The notes: generated from the sequence alone by a model not told the origin. Positions 1 through 11,128 are shown, counted from the stretch's first letter. The stretch: 64,000 nucleotides of DNA from Promethearchaeota archaeon (GCA_019057795.1 JAHLWS010000078.1:138857-202856), one strand, 5' to 3'. Made by a program: numbers and translations.

Positions 1-1521
1 TTTCGAAAGAGCCCAAAAAAAGTCTACCAGGCCAAATCCGAATCGGTAATCGATGTACATTAGGCCGGTGTTATCTTGGAAGTATAGATCTTCTCCAAAG
101 TAATAACCTGGAATTCCTTTTCCCACTATTTTCCCTTCGATAATTGCAGGAACTGGACGAATTGGCGATACTTTTATGTTGGTAATTAATTCAACTATGT
201 TACTAGGTTCAAACTCGCTTCGATACATAAAAGAAGTTCGTCCTATAACTCCCAAACCCATAATGAAAAATCCAATAGCCCATAGAAGAATCAAATTGTT
301 TAATGTAATTAAGGTTCCTATGGATATCAAACCTATTAATCCCAGGATCCAGATGGCTGTCATTCCAGCTAATATTATAAGAATAATCGTTGGCAACTGT
401 TTAATGAAAATATCGGTAATGAATTCGCCGACCATAGATTTTCCTACTTGTTGTTCTTTAATAATTCTTGCCTCAGAAAAATCATATTCAACAGGTACTC
501 CATAGGTGGCACATTGTCCATTTAATCGTTGGATTCTTTTCGCAGGTAAAGGATGGGTGCTAAATACTTGAAAATATTTTGCCCAAGGATTAAAAAGATC
601 CCATCCTGCGGCTGCTTGAACTACTCTCTTCGAAACGCGACCATGATTGTCCATACTTTGCGCAGCTAACTGACTCGCTTTCTTCGGATCGAAAATCCCC
701 AAACCTCGAAGTCCTCTTACGCTTGATTTTTGCCTTTCTTTTATTTCAGCTTCGGTACCGCCCGCTATCAATCCATACGCTATTTTGACTAAAGCTGTGG
801 ATAATGTATTTGGGTTTTCAGTCAACTCAGCAGCGTGTTGATCCGCAAAATATTCTCGAATTCGACTAACGAATAAAGACACTAAGTATCCAATATAATA
901 AGAAATATAAGATACAACTGCGACGACAATTAATACTAAAACAATATAACTTCCTGCATCATCATCTTTAGAGCTTCTGAATAGGCCTGAAAAACGAACG
1001 GTGAAGTAAGCCCATCGGGCTATCGTTAATAAAATTAAAGGAATAGCAAAAACTACTGTCATTAAAATGAAATCATTGTGTACAACGTGTCCTAATTCGT
1101 GAGCAACTACTGCACTTTGTTCGCCTTCGTCTAAATAATGTAATATTCCGTCAGTGATTACAATTCTCGCGCTATTCTTTGTATAACCAAATGTAAAGGC
1201 TTGGGGGTTTAAATCGTGAATTATTCCCATTCTAGGTGTTTTAATCCCCCGAATTGCCACAACTTTATCTATTACATCTGCTAAATGTGGATATTGGTGT
1301 GCATAAACTTCGTAGGGAATCCAATCGATTCTGTAAATTAATCTTATCATTAATGGGGAAATTCCATATTGAAACAGTATGATTAAAACAGTAAAACCAA
1401 TCATTAAAGACAAACCTAATAGATTACTTGGTAAAAACCAAACTCCGATAGTAAAAACCAACGCATAGATAAGGCCAAATAAGAATAAAATTGCCATTGT
1501 TGATGCTAATTTCAATCCCAT
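1..1521 (-). CDS. htpX: HtpX/M48-family zinc metalloprotease with C-terminal extension (runs off window start)
   Basis: Hand translation from ATG at 1521: MGLKLASTMAILFLFG... with N-terminal TM helices, NPQAFTFG, VVAHELGH (HExxH), SRIREYFAD, FSTHPLPAKRI; absent from the ORF track because it is open-ended. Confidence 0.85.
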   Translation of the reverse strand, partial: MGLKLASTMAILFLFGLIYALVFTIGVWFLPSNLLGLSLMIGFTVLIILFQYGISPLMIRLIYRIDWIPYEVYAHQYPHLADVIDKVVAIRGIKTPRMGIIHDLNPQAFTFGYTKNSARIVITDGILHYLDEGEQSAVVAHELGHVVHNDFILMTVVFAIPLILLTIARWAYFTVRFSGLFRSSKDDDAGSYIVLVLIVVAVVSYISYYIGYLVSLFVSRIREYFADQHAAELTENPNTLSTALVKIAYGLIAGGTEAEIKERQKSSVRGLRGLGIFDPKKASQLAAQSMDNHGRVSKRVVQAAAGWDLFNPWAKYFQVFSTHPLPAKRIQRLNGQCATYGVPVEYDFSEARIIKEQQVGKSMVGEFITDIFIKQLPTIILIILAGMTAIWILGLIGLISIGTLITLNNLILLWAIGFFIMGLGVIGRTSFMYRSEFEPSNIVELITNIKVSPIRPVPAIIEGKIVGKGIPGYYFGEDLYFQDNTGLMYIDYRFGFGLVDFFWALSK

Positions 1522-1735
1522 TTCGATTCACTTAAAGTTCTAATTTTACTTTACTAATTTTGGATAAATTTATTTATTATTTTATAATAAATCGTTAATA
1601 ATATTCATGTAACATTAACTAATTAATATTTTCTATTAGATTTGTAAGTTTGACAATATTCAATATTCCGAAAAGAATAAAATAGAATTTTCTTACTAAT
1701 ATTTCAACAAGACTTGCAATATTCATTTAGGTGGT

Positions 1736-2365
1736 TTGGTTATAAATACCGATTTAAAGCGCTTATATAAAGTTACAGATAATCTTATTAAACAACAGTT
1801 TTATTTAAGTGGTAGCGATACAATTATCGGTAGAACGCCTGAAATATCAATTAAAATAAAAAGCTCTGGTCTAGTTGTTAAAAGATTTACGGATCTCTTT
1901 AACGATAATATTCAATTGTTTTTAGAAGGTAATTACCTAAGCTTTTTTCAACCTTTTAAAATAATTAAAGGAATTGACGATAATTACATAAGAGAAATAT
2001 ATCAAGATATACAAATCAAATTAACGGCAATGCATGGTACGGATTTTGATGTAGTAATTTTATATACAATTGTATTAAGTTCTTTAATTACAAGTATTCG
2101 AGACATACACTTTGATAAGTCAGTACAAGAAGTTATTAAAAGAGTATGGAAGAAATCAGATAAAATGAGCCAAAAACAAATTCAGATTGAATTGGATAAA
2201 TTGTATATGCATAATAACAAAAATGTTTCGATTTTATATAATATTTCCTATCTTGATGCGTTAGCAGAATCCTTTCATTTTATGAAGACTGCTCGCACAT
2301 GCAAAATCCAAAAAAGCAAATATATTAACCGTATTGTAAATTTGATACTTTTTTCAAAGAACTAA
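1736..2365 (+). CDS. hypothetical protein
   Basis: 209-aa ORF preceded by GGTGGT SD-like sequence; no recognised motif. Confidence 0.7.
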   Translation: MVINTDLKRLYKVTDNLIKQQFYLSGSDTIIGRTPEISIKIKSSGLVVKRFTDLFNDNIQLFLEGNYLSFFQPFKIIKGIDDNYIREIYQDIQIKLTAMHGTDFDVVILYTIVLSSLITSIRDIHFDKSVQEVIKRVWKKSDKMSQKQIQIELDKLYMHNNKNVSILYNISYLDALAESFHFMKTARTCKIQKSKYINRIVNLILFSKN

Positions 2366-2472
2366 GAATGTGATGATAAAACACCAAAAAATTAAAAAAA
2401 AAAATTTCTCTAACCAAATCCAAATTTGTTAGATGATAGAAAGCTTGTTTTGATTATATTTAAAATTGTTTA

Positions 2473-4422
2473 ATGCTTATCGATAATTGTAAGGCTAAAT
2501 ATATAATTGGTGATTATTTGTCCAACTATCGTAATGAAGACTTATCCATTTTAATGAATAAATATAGTAAAAAAAAAGTATCAATTACAAAAGCGATTAA
2601 AAATTTCATAAAACCAGGAGACCGGATATTTATAGATTCAGGCTGTGCAGAACCAATAGATTTAACTAAGAAGCTAATAGAATTAGGTTTAGAACTTCCT
2701 GATGTAGAAATCCTGCACTTTCTTAGTTTAAGCGATTTAGATTATTATGAAACGGCTGGTGGACTAGAAGATTTATTTAGACATAATGCTTTTTTTATAG
2801 GAAAATCACTTCGCAAATACATTAGAGACGGTCAAGCGGATTACACTCCAATTCTCTTATCTGAAATTCCTTGGTTATTTAAACTAGGTAAAATGCATTT
2901 AGATACCGCACTCATTCAAGTAAGCCCACCAGATAGATATGGCTTTTGTAGTTACGGTATTAATGTAGATATTGTTAAACCTATAGCAGAAAGTTCCGAA
3001 TATGTAGTAGCCGAAATTAACCCCAATATGCCCCGCACATTAGGTGACTCGTTTATCCATATGGACGACATAGACGCGTTTATTATTTCTAATCACGATA
3101 TTATTGAGTTCAGTTACGGAGAACCTGATGCTGTTTCTACTAAAATAGCAAAATTTGTAGCATCCCTAATAGAAGATGAATCCACTATCCAAATGGGCAT
3201 TGGTGAAATTCCAAATGCGGTTACTATCGAATTAGCAGATAAGAAAAATTTGGGGATACACAGTGAAGTTTTTTCAGATGGTATAGTAGATCTTGTCGAA
3301 AGTGGAGTTGTTACCTGTAAAAAAAAGACGATACATAAGGATAAAATAATCTGTTCTTTTGTTATGGGCACCAAACGATTATACGACTTTGTGGACGATA
3401 ATCCAATGGTAGAATTTCATCCGTGCGATTATACAAATGATCCGTTTATAATTAGCAAGAACAAGAAGCAAATTGCGATTAACGCGGCGCTTTCTGTTGA
3501 TTTAACTGGACAAGTAAATTCGGATTCGATTGGACATCAATTTTATAGTGGAATTGGGGGACAAGTTGATTTTGTGAGGGGCGCTGCTCGATCTAAGAAT
3601 GGGAAACCAATTATGGTTCTTCCTTCTACGGCCACTATGAAAGATGGGACTTTAGTCTCTCGAATCGTTCCATTCCTTCAACCTGGTGCGGGAGTGGTAG
3701 TAACTAGAGGTGATGTACATTACATTGCAACTGAGTGGGGGTTAGCTTATCTTTATGGAAAAAGCATACGAGAAAGAGTTCTAGAAATGATTAACATCGC
3801 TCATCCGGATTTTCGAGAAGAACTATTAGAACACGCGAAAAAATGGAATTATATCTATTCTGATCAGACCTTACCAGTTTCTATTGATGGTAGAATAAGC
3901 GTTTATCCCGAAAAATACGAAACTAAATTGGAGTTAAGGAATGGAAAAACCATCAAGATTCGTCCAGTAAAACCAACTGACGAAAGAATGATCCAAGAAC
4001 TTCATTATTCCTTAGATGATAGAGATAGGTATTTTAGATTCTTTTCTCCCATGAAAGATTTTCGTCACAAGAAAATTCAACCCTTAGTTAATATCGATTA
4101 TACTACAAATATGATATTAATAGGAGAATTTAACGAAAAAGGAAAAGATAATATTATTGCGATAGGGGCATTCTTTAAAACGTTCCAAGCCTCCTTCGGA
4201 GAAATTGCGTTTGTTGTTCATAGAGATTGGAGAAATTTAGGAATTACTAAATTCTTTTTAAATTACTTAGTACAAATTGCTAAAGAACTCAATTATAGAA
4301 CATTTGGCGGTTCAATTTTATTAGAAAATAAATCTATGCTCCATGTTATTAATACATCTGGCTATACATTAAAAATAAAAAAGATTGAAGAAGGTGTTAC
4401 TGAATTTGCCTTTGATCTGTAA
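2473..4422 (+). CDS. acetyl-CoA hydrolase/transferase family protein with C-terminal GNAT domain
   Basis: Motifs IQMGIGEIP, GIHSEVFSDG, VDLTGQVNSD, SGIGGQVDFVRGA, ATEWG; C-terminal IRPVKPTD...EIAFVVHRDWRNLG GNAT; true start may be TTG at ~2518. Confidence 0.9.
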   Translation: MLIDNCKAKYIIGDYLSNYRNEDLSILMNKYSKKKVSITKAIKNFIKPGDRIFIDSGCAEPIDLTKKLIELGLELPDVEILHFLSLSDLDYYETAGGLEDLFRHNAFFIGKSLRKYIRDGQADYTPILLSEIPWLFKLGKMHLDTALIQVSPPDRYGFCSYGINVDIVKPIAESSEYVVAEINPNMPRTLGDSFIHMDDIDAFIISNHDIIEFSYGEPDAVSTKIAKFVASLIEDESTIQMGIGEIPNAVTIELADKKNLGIHSEVFSDGIVDLVESGVVTCKKKTIHKDKIICSFVMGTKRLYDFVDDNPMVEFHPCDYTNDPFIISKNKKQIAINAALSVDLTGQVNSDSIGHQFYSGIGGQVDFVRGAARSKNGKPIMVLPSTATMKDGTLVSRIVPFLQPGAGVVVTRGDVHYIATEWGLAYLYGKSIRERVLEMINIAHPDFREELLEHAKKWNYIYSDQTLPVSIDGRISVYPEKYETKLELRNGKTIKIRPVKPTDERMIQELHYSLDDRDRYFRFFSPMKDFRHKKIQPLVNIDYTTNMILIGEFNEKGKDNIIAIGAFFKTFQASFGEIAFVVHRDWRNLGITKFFLNYLVQIAKELNYRTFGGSILLENKSMLHVINTSGYTLKIKKIEEGVTEFAFDL

Positions 4423-4442
4423 CATTCATTAAAACAATTAGT

Positions 4443-5732
4443 TCATTCCTTTTTAGCTTTTAAATATTTAGATATTTTCTTTGCTAACATTTCTTGTTTT
4501 TTCCAATTTCCATCAGCCAATCCTTTTGAAGTTAGTTCTGAAATTACCTTTCTAATTTTTTCTTCGACCTTTTTCACTTTCTCATTCGCAAAAACTGTAA
4601 GAGGTAAGGGCATAAAAGTGTGCGTATGTATATTTGCTCCCATATCAGACAAATCTTTCATTAATTTAATTGTGAGATCTACATCTTCCTCTGTTTCGTT
4701 AGGCAAGCTAAAAATAAAGTCTACATTTGCTAATAGGCCGTTTTCTATCGTCAATTTAACAGCTTTATAAACAGATTTAACAGAGTGACCTCTATTACAC
4801 AAGTCTAAAATTCTCTGACTTCCCGATTGGGCTCCAATTGTTATGTTATCATTAGTAGCGTATTTTAAAACCAATCCTAAAGTTTCATTAGTCACATGTT
4901 CAGGTCTAACTTCAGATGGAAACGATCCTAAGAATATCCTCCCTTTCGGTTTAATTATTTCTCTTATTTGAATTAATAATTCTTCTAATTGGGGAAGATT
5001 AAGCGTTTTTCCATCTAATGAGCCGTAAGAAAAAGCATTTGGAGTTATAAATCTTATATCTGTTTTATTAAAACTTTTCATAAATTTAACTGTTTTACAA
5101 ATTGAGTTAATACTTCTATGTCTTGGAAGAGTTCCCAAAATATAAGGTGTTTGACAAAAATAACAAACATAAGGACAACCCCTAGTTATTTCAATTGCTC
5201 CAAACTTTACATTTTTAACAGGTAAAGGAGGATATTTATCCAAATTGATCCATTGTCTTTTTTCAGTTAGTATAAAGTTATTACCTACATCAAGATAAGC
5301 AATTCCAGTTATATCATTAACATTCTCATCATTCTTAATCTTTTTAAGAATTTCTATTAGAGTTTCCTCGCCTTCGCCCTTCACGACTAAATCAAATCCC
5401 ATTTCAAGAGTTCCTTCTGGATCACCTGTTGGATGAGGGCCACCCGCGATAAATAAAGCTCGTTGGATATATTTTTTCCGTAATATTTTAATTAAATCAA
5501 GAATCTCCCATAATTGAGTTGTAAAAAAAGATATTCCTACTACAACTTTTTGATGATTTTGAATTATTTTTTCTAACTCGTCAATAAGGTTTTCATAGCC
5601 ACGAATAAAATAAATCTTAATGTCATCTAACCCGCGCTCAGTTTCAATGGCACCAATTAACGCGTTGAAACTATAAATATTTTGTTTTTGATACAAAACA
5701 ACTAATGCTATTTTTGATTGCAAATATAACAC
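4443..5732 (-). CDS. B12-binding domain/radical SAM protein
   Basis: AGGPHPT and GEGE cobalamin-binding domain; EITRGCPYVCYFC CxxxCxxC motif. Confidence 0.9.
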   Translation of the reverse strand: MLYLQSKIALVVLYQKQNIYSFNALIGAIETERGLDDIKIYFIRGYENLIDELEKIIQNHQKVVVGISFFTTQLWEILDLIKILRKKYIQRALFIAGGPHPTGDPEGTLEMGFDLVVKGEGEETLIEILKKIKNDENVNDITGIAYLDVGNNFILTEKRQWINLDKYPPLPVKNVKFGAIEITRGCPYVCYFCQTPYILGTLPRHRSINSICKTVKFMKSFNKTDIRFITPNAFSYGSLDGKTLNLPQLEELLIQIREIIKPKGRIFLGSFPSEVRPEHVTNETLGLVLKYATNDNITIGAQSGSQRILDLCNRGHSVKSVYKAVKLTIENGLLANVDFIFSLPNETEEDVDLTIKLMKDLSDMGANIHTHTFMPLPLTVFANEKVKKVEEKIRKVISELTSKGLADGNWKKQEMLAKKISKYLKAKKE

Positions 5733-5834
5733 AACACAAAATAAGATATACTCTTTTTGGTATTATATATTTAAAGTATATTTTAAATTAATTCATAACA
5801 AAAAAATCAAATAAAATGTCAGAGTGATATAAAT

Positions 5835-6284
5835 ATGTTATTAAATTGGTTTTTTGCAGAAACAGCACTTGAAGTAGGAAGATCCTGGTTTGACTTTTAT
5901 TCAATAGGCCACATTTGTTTTGGTATAGGTTTGTTCCTTTTCTTTTCGCTGTTCTATACTATACCCAAAAAACATGGTAAAACGCCTATTTTCTCGCTAG
6001 TCTTCGTATTTATTCTTAGTTTCGCATTTATAATTTTATGGGAAGTTTTAGAGAATTTCTTGTTCATTGGATTGGGATGGAAATTTGAGAACCGGCTCGA
6101 CAGTTGGCAAAATATTACAACAGACATCATAATAGGTATTCTCGGAAGTCTAATTTCTTGGCTCTTTTGTCACGAGGTTTTTGTGAAAGATAAAAACATT
6201 TGGGCTTATTATATTTTTGGTATTATCGGTTTTGGATTGTGGCTTGTTGTGTTTATTATACTACGCGCTCTTACAATAACCTAA
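5835..6284 (+). CDS. small membrane protein
   Basis: Several TM segments, FDFYSIGH and LWEVLEN motifs, DSWQN...D. Confidence 0.7.
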   Translation: MLLNWFFAETALEVGRSWFDFYSIGHICFGIGLFLFFSLFYTIPKKHGKTPIFSLVFVFILSFAFIILWEVLENFLFIGLGWKFENRLDSWQNITTDIIIGILGSLISWLFCHEVFVKDKNIWAYYIFGIIGFGLWLVVFIILRALTIT

Positions 6285-6375
6285 GCAAACCTTTTATTTC
6301 TAATATAAAACAATTTTTTTAATAACTTATTTTCTTTTTCTACTATAGATTTTATGGTTTAAGGAAAAACTGAAT

Positions 6376-7113
6376 ATGGTAAATATTAAAGATTTTATTG
6401 AATATAACAGGGGATCAATTCCATTAATTATCTCCGTCCCTCACGGCGGTACAACTAAATGTGACCATATACCTCAGAGAACTAACGGGATCCATGGATT
6501 AGATAAAGATACAATAAAATTAGCACGTGAGTTAATTGAAAAGATTAAAAATGTCTTTAAATTTAAGACGCCATCCTATATCATATCAAAAATCCAGAGA
6601 GTAAAAATAGATTTTAATAGAAATTCATCTGAAGCATTTGATCAAAAATCAGAATTGGCTAAGAGAATTTATCGTTTTTACCATAATAAGATAGAAGAAT
6701 TAATTTTATACAATTTAGAGACTTTCAATAGTTCAATGTTAATAGATATTCACGGATTTGAAAAAGACAAAAGACCAAAAGGATTTCGAGACGTTGAATT
6801 AATTTTAGGAACAAATAATTTAGAAACATTGTATCCTAATTCGATCCCCAAAAGGGATTGGGGTAAAAATCTTCGGGGGAAAATAGTAAAGAAGTTTAAC
6901 AATTTAAATATAGCCATAGCGCCCGGTCATCATTTAAGAAGAGAGTTTGTTTTGACAGGGGGTTATATCACGACGAAATATGGTGCAAGTCATATTAAAA
7001 ATAGTCAAACCATTCAAATTGAATTTTCTGATAAAATTAGACTATATGATAAAGAATTAAAAAATATAGTACTTTCAACGCTTGCAGATTTGCTATATAA
7101 AGAATTTGGATAA
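6376..7113 (+). CDS. N-formylglutamate amidohydrolase-like protein
   Basis: PLIISVPHGG, IDFNR, LIDIHG, GGYIT, IQIE motifs. Confidence 0.75.
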   Translation: MVNIKDFIEYNRGSIPLIISVPHGGTTKCDHIPQRTNGIHGLDKDTIKLARELIEKIKNVFKFKTPSYIISKIQRVKIDFNRNSSEAFDQKSELAKRIYRFYHNKIEELILYNLETFNSSMLIDIHGFEKDKRPKGFRDVELILGTNNLETLYPNSIPKRDWGKNLRGKIVKKFNNLNIAIAPGHHLRREFVLTGGYITTKYGASHIKNSQTIQIEFSDKIRLYDKELKNIVLSTLADLLYKEFG

Positions 7114-7297
7114 AAAGCACTATAGATTTTATTGTAAATATTAAATAGAATTTTTACTGTGTAAATAAAAGATTATTGATAGTAATTTCGCTTTATTGGT
7201 ATTTATTTTAATTTTAAGATAACACATGAAGAAATTTATATAAAAACACACCATATAGGATATAAGAAGTGGAATTATTTAGATTACAGAAATTTCT

Positions 7298-7633
7298 ATG
7301 AACGAGGAAAAAATTGACATTAGCGATTTAGAATCATTCATCAATGGTTTACAAGTCTCATTAGATATGCTTGCTGGCGCCGATCCTTCTAAATCAAAAG
7401 GATTTCAAGCCCAGTTAGCTAAAACAATATCGAACTTAAGAATAAAGAGAGTCGAGCAATTTGAGCCGTTACCTAAGATTTTAGGAAATGTAACGAAAGA
7501 AGACATTAAAAAGTACTTAACAAAAGAGTTAGAACAATTAATGCGTTATTTAGATACTCAAGAATACCCTAGAGGAAAATACGCTTTAGTAAAGAAAATC
7601 GTTCATTTAAGGGCTGAAATTAACCGAATGTAA
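7298..7633 (+). CDS. hypothetical protein
   Basis: 111-aa ORF, coding-like composition. Confidence 0.65.
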   Translation: MNEEKIDISDLESFINGLQVSLDMLAGADPSKSKGFQAQLAKTISNLRIKRVEQFEPLPKILGNVTKEDIKKYLTKELEQLMRYLDTQEYPRGKYALVKKIVHLRAEINRM

Positions 7634-7672
7634 TATGATGTTATTTCTAAACCTTACTTTAATTATATAAAG

Positions 7673-8443
7673 GTGATTAAAATTCTAATTGATGTGCACT
7701 GTCACGCAAATCTTTATTTGGATATTGACAAAGTTATTAATGAAGCTAAAAATGTAGGAGTTGAAAAGATCATTGCTGTAGCAATGAGTTCTATAAGTCA
7801 AAGGAGAGTCTTAGAAATTGCTGATCAATATAAAGAGATTTATGCTGCTTTAGGAGTTCATCCCGAGGAGGTGAAAATGAATAGAAACATAGAAAATCAG
7901 TTAGAATCAATCATAGACTTAATCAAAACCAAAAAAGAAAATATATGTGCTATTGGAGAAATTGGTTTAGATCACTATTTCGTTAAAGATAAAGAGTTAT
8001 ATCCTCTTCAAAAGACAATTTTTGATAAAATGTTATTGCTCGCTCAAGGTTTGGAACTCCCAGTTAATCTCCACACAAAAGGAGCTGAAAAAATAATTTT
8101 TGATACCCTGCCTTCATATAAAATTCCTAATGTCAATATTCATTGGTATTCAGGACCAGAAATTTTTTTAAAAAAAGGAATCGATAGAGGTTATTTCTTT
8201 TCTATTACCCCTGCTCTTAGTTATTCTCCACCGGTAAAAAAAACGGTTTTAACTGTGGATATAGAACATTTACTTCTAGAAAGCGATGGTCCAGTTAAAT
8301 ATACAAGAAAAGTTGGTACACCCGCTATGATAAGAGATGTTTTAAACACTATATCAAAATTAAAAGAAATTCCGGTAATTGTGTTAGAAAACCAAATATT
8401 AGATAATACAAGAAAAATTTTTCCTAAAATTTTTGAAAACTAG
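7673..8443 (+). CDS. tatD: TatD-family hydrolase/DNase
   Basis: IDVHCH, GVHP, AIGEIGLD, LLLESDGP motifs. Confidence 0.9.
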   Translation: MIKILIDVHCHANLYLDIDKVINEAKNVGVEKIIAVAMSSISQRRVLEIADQYKEIYAALGVHPEEVKMNRNIENQLESIIDLIKTKKENICAIGEIGLDHYFVKDKELYPLQKTIFDKMLLLAQGLELPVNLHTKGAEKIIFDTLPSYKIPNVNIHWYSGPEIFLKKGIDRGYFFSITPALSYSPPVKKTVLTVDIEHLLLESDGPVKYTRKVGTPAMIRDVLNTISKLKEIPVIVLENQILDNTRKIFPKIFEN

Positions 8444-9453
8444 CTACTATTTTCTTCCAGTAATTCAATTACTTCATCGGGAAATTGTTCTCCTTTATTT
8501 TTCATGCGTTCAAACATGTCCTTAACTTCAGAAATCGTATTTCCATAAATATGCAGAGAATTGCTAAAATCTAAGTAATGACCCATCCCTACGCCGAGCT
8601 GTTCAGCAACATATTTCTGAATTCGAATCATTCCATTTACATTTGCTTCCCACGCTCTAAATAAATCTCTGCTTCTCCAAGTTGTTTGCATTATTAATTT
8701 ATCATCTTTCACTCGCATATAAATTCTCTGAAGACAGGGAGGGTCGATATGAAAGGGATCAACAAGTGGACGCCATGTAATTGCTTGAGCTCTGCGCGAA
8801 TAAGGTTTTTCTTTCAATTTGTTAATTATATATTCAATTTGATCTATTTTTGGGAATTTAATTACTTCAATTGGTATCTTTTGAATTCCAACTTGCTCTG
8901 ATATTTTTTTATTTAAATCGAAGTCAACAAGATTTTTCAATTTCCAAATTATTGATTCGCCAGATGTCTGGACCTTTTCTGACTTCAATAGTTTTTGGTG
9001 TTTTTTGACAAAGTCATTATCAACTAATTCTAAATCGTAATTAACATGGATAGAATCCTCTAGGGAATAGGGAGAATAATTAAATATTCGATCGTGATAG
9101 GAATACGGAAAACTCGAGCCAGAATCCCAGATATAATGATCATTTACGCCCTCCATAATCTCTTCAATGTAACCACTTTGGATTGATCCGATTAAATAGG
9201 TATCTGCCATACAACCGTATACTTCAAAAGAGTTTCCATACTTTGATCTAATTTTCATTACTTTATCTTTACGCATAATCGGACTACTTATAGGATCTTT
9301 TATTTCTATTAATACAGTAGCATCTTTAGATGGAAGATCTTCTTGTTTATCGTACTCTGTTTTAATATCGTCACCGTTATATAAAACTTGAGCCACAGCT
9401 GAAAGCCACGCGTCTCGAACTGTTTTTTTGGAAATAAATATAACTTGAGCCAT
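8440..9453 (-). CDS. thyA: archaeal-type thymidylate synthase with internal insertion
   Basis: YSYHDR, DQIEY, SRRAQAITW, PPCLQ (catalytic Cys), RSRD, SLHIY. Confidence 0.85.
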   Translation of the reverse strand: MAQVIFISKKTVRDAWLSAVAQVLYNGDDIKTEYDKQEDLPSKDATVLIEIKDPISSPIMRKDKVMKIRSKYGNSFEVYGCMADTYLIGSIQSGYIEEIMEGVNDHYIWDSGSSFPYSYHDRIFNYSPYSLEDSIHVNYDLELVDNDFVKKHQKLLKSEKVQTSGESIIWKLKNLVDFDLNKKISEQVGIQKIPIEVIKFPKIDQIEYIINKLKEKPYSRRAQAITWRPLVDPFHIDPPCLQRIYMRVKDDKLIMQTTWRSRDLFRAWEANVNGMIRIQKYVAEQLGVGMGHYLDFSNSLHIYGNTISEVKDMFERMKNKGEQFPDEVIELLEENSS

Positions 9454-9556
9454 AATTTTAAACCTCTAAACATTCACTTAACATGTTAATTTTTTAGTAT
9501 TATAATTTTATTGTTAAAACTTTAACAAAATGATATTTTTGTTATACTATATCAAA

Positions 9557-9590
9557 ATTCGATTACATTCGATTACATTTATCGATTATA
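9557..9590. repeat. short tandem direct repeat ATTCGATTAC x2 plus a degenerate third copy in a divergent intergenic region
   Basis: attcgattac attcgattac attt atcgattata between divergent thyA and MoaD-like genes. Confidence 0.6.
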
Positions 9591-9695
9591 CATAAATAAA
9601 TAATAATTTTTTATTAAAAATTACCAACAATATTTTATATTCAAACTTATTTAGTCTTCTAAAGAGATTATGAAATTATTGGAGAGATTGATAAG

Positions 9696-9989
9696 TTGAT
9701 TTCTTTAAAATTTAGATTTGAACCTCCTTTTAACGAAATTACTAAGGGTACAAACCAAATTATTAATTTTGAGAATGAATTAACAATTAAAGAATTATTA
9801 GAATTTTTTAAAGAACATTTTGGCGAAAAATTCTACGAACTACTCTGGGATAAAAAAAAAAGGGACGAGTTTAGTTCCTTTCTTTCAATAATCATAAATG
9901 GTAGAAGTTATAGGGACGAAAATTTCTTAAAAACAGTTTTAAAAGATGGAGATGATATCTCTTTTTTGTATCTCTATTTTGGTGGATAA
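9696..9989 (+). CDS. MoaD/SAMP ubiquitin-like protein
   Basis: IIINGR...LKDGDDISF...GG C-terminal di-glycine. Confidence 0.85.
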   Translation: MISLKFRFEPPFNEITKGTNQIINFENELTIKELLEFFKEHFGEKFYELLWDKKKRDEFSSFLSIIINGRSYRDENFLKTVLKDGDDISFLYLYFGG

Positions 9990-10004
9990 ACTTATAAAGA
10001 CTAG

Positions 10005-11036
10005 CTATAGTAATAAGATTATCCACATACCTAACCCTGTCAATATAGGATTTAAGATATTATCGGATATATGCTCTATAGAGAAGTCTACTAATAAAAA
10101 CAAAATTACTGATACTAAAGCCATTATTAAGATTTTTATATAACTTATAGGCATCCAGAAGTGGTATAAATTCATAACTATAAAGACAATTAAAAACGTA
10201 GTAATGCCTCCAGCGATAAAGCCTTCTATTGTTTTATTAGAATTTTTTTTAAGCCTGTGCGTCCCATATTTTTTACCAATTAAACATGCTACCGCGTCAG
10301 CTCCCGTAGTAATTAACGCAACAGATGCTAAAATAGGAAATGGTGCAAAAACGAAGGGTATTAAAGATAAAACTAAAGGAGTTGATGCTATAAAAGTATC
10401 AAGTTCGCTTGGCCTCATTGCTAACAGCCAACGCTTACCCCACTTAGGCAAAATATAAAATTTATTTAATCGAGATAAATCAGCAATTTGGAACATAATT
10501 ACGAACCCCAAACCAAACGTGATTATTAACCAATAAGAAAAACTATATTGGTCTAAATTTAATTGACTTAAAATGCCTAAATTATCAAGAATGGTTCCTA
10601 ACGACCAAAAAAAAAAAATTATAAATGTTGTTAATAAATGTAAAAATTTTCTTCCAAATTCACTTTTAAAGTCATCAACCCACTTATCATTCACTTCTTT
10701 GCAATAAATACTATAATCTCTCTCTGCCATAATTTCAGGGTTTCTTTTTGAAATAATTGCATTATAAATCAAAAAAGCGCTCCAAATTCCCATTTCAATT
10801 AAAAAAAATGTAGATGTAAAAAACCACAAAAAGTTCAACGTGTTATTTGCTAATTGAGGGGAATGAAATTGAATCATAAACGGAAATAGAATTCCCGCCA
10901 TTAACAGCAGTAGAACTATTAATAGTTCGTTAAAAAACAAATGCTTTTGTATCTTCTCTCTTCTGTTCTTAAATACATAGATGAAAGTTATAATTGAATA
11001 ACCAATAAAAATCAAAGAGGATGGTAAATAATACAT
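10005..11036 (-). CDS. dolichol/phytol/diacylglycerol kinase family (CTP-dependent) membrane protein
   Basis: RKFLH, GADAVACLIGKKYG, KTIEGFIAG, SDNIL motifs. Confidence 0.8.
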   Translation of the reverse strand: MYYLPSSLIFIGYSIITFIYVFKNRREKIQKHLFFNELLIVLLLLMAGILFPFMIQFHSPQLANNTLNFLWFFTSTFFLIEMGIWSAFLIYNAIISKRNPEIMAERDYSIYCKEVNDKWVDDFKSEFGRKFLHLLTTFIIFFFWSLGTILDNLGILSQLNLDQYSFSYWLIITFGLGFVIMFQIADLSRLNKFYILPKWGKRWLLAMRPSELDTFIASTPLVLSLIPFVFAPFPILASVALITTGADAVACLIGKKYGTHRLKKNSNKTIEGFIAGGITTFLIVFIVMNLYHFWMPISYIKILIMALVSVILFLLVDFSIEHISDNILNPILTGLGMWIILLL

Positions 11037-11128
11037 TTTTAATCATTAAAGTCGAATAATTTAAATATTTTTACTTATTGTGTAAATTGATTAATCAGAA
11101 ACCTTCCCGAAACTTCTTTTCAAGATCT

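Noticed and set aside
176-505. 109-aa plus-strand ORF and the many other short ORFs overlapping long genes (e.g. 3114-3374, 21672-21935, 44709-45356, 62832-63092, 63120-63314)
   Set aside because: Antisense or off-frame shadows of well-supported genes
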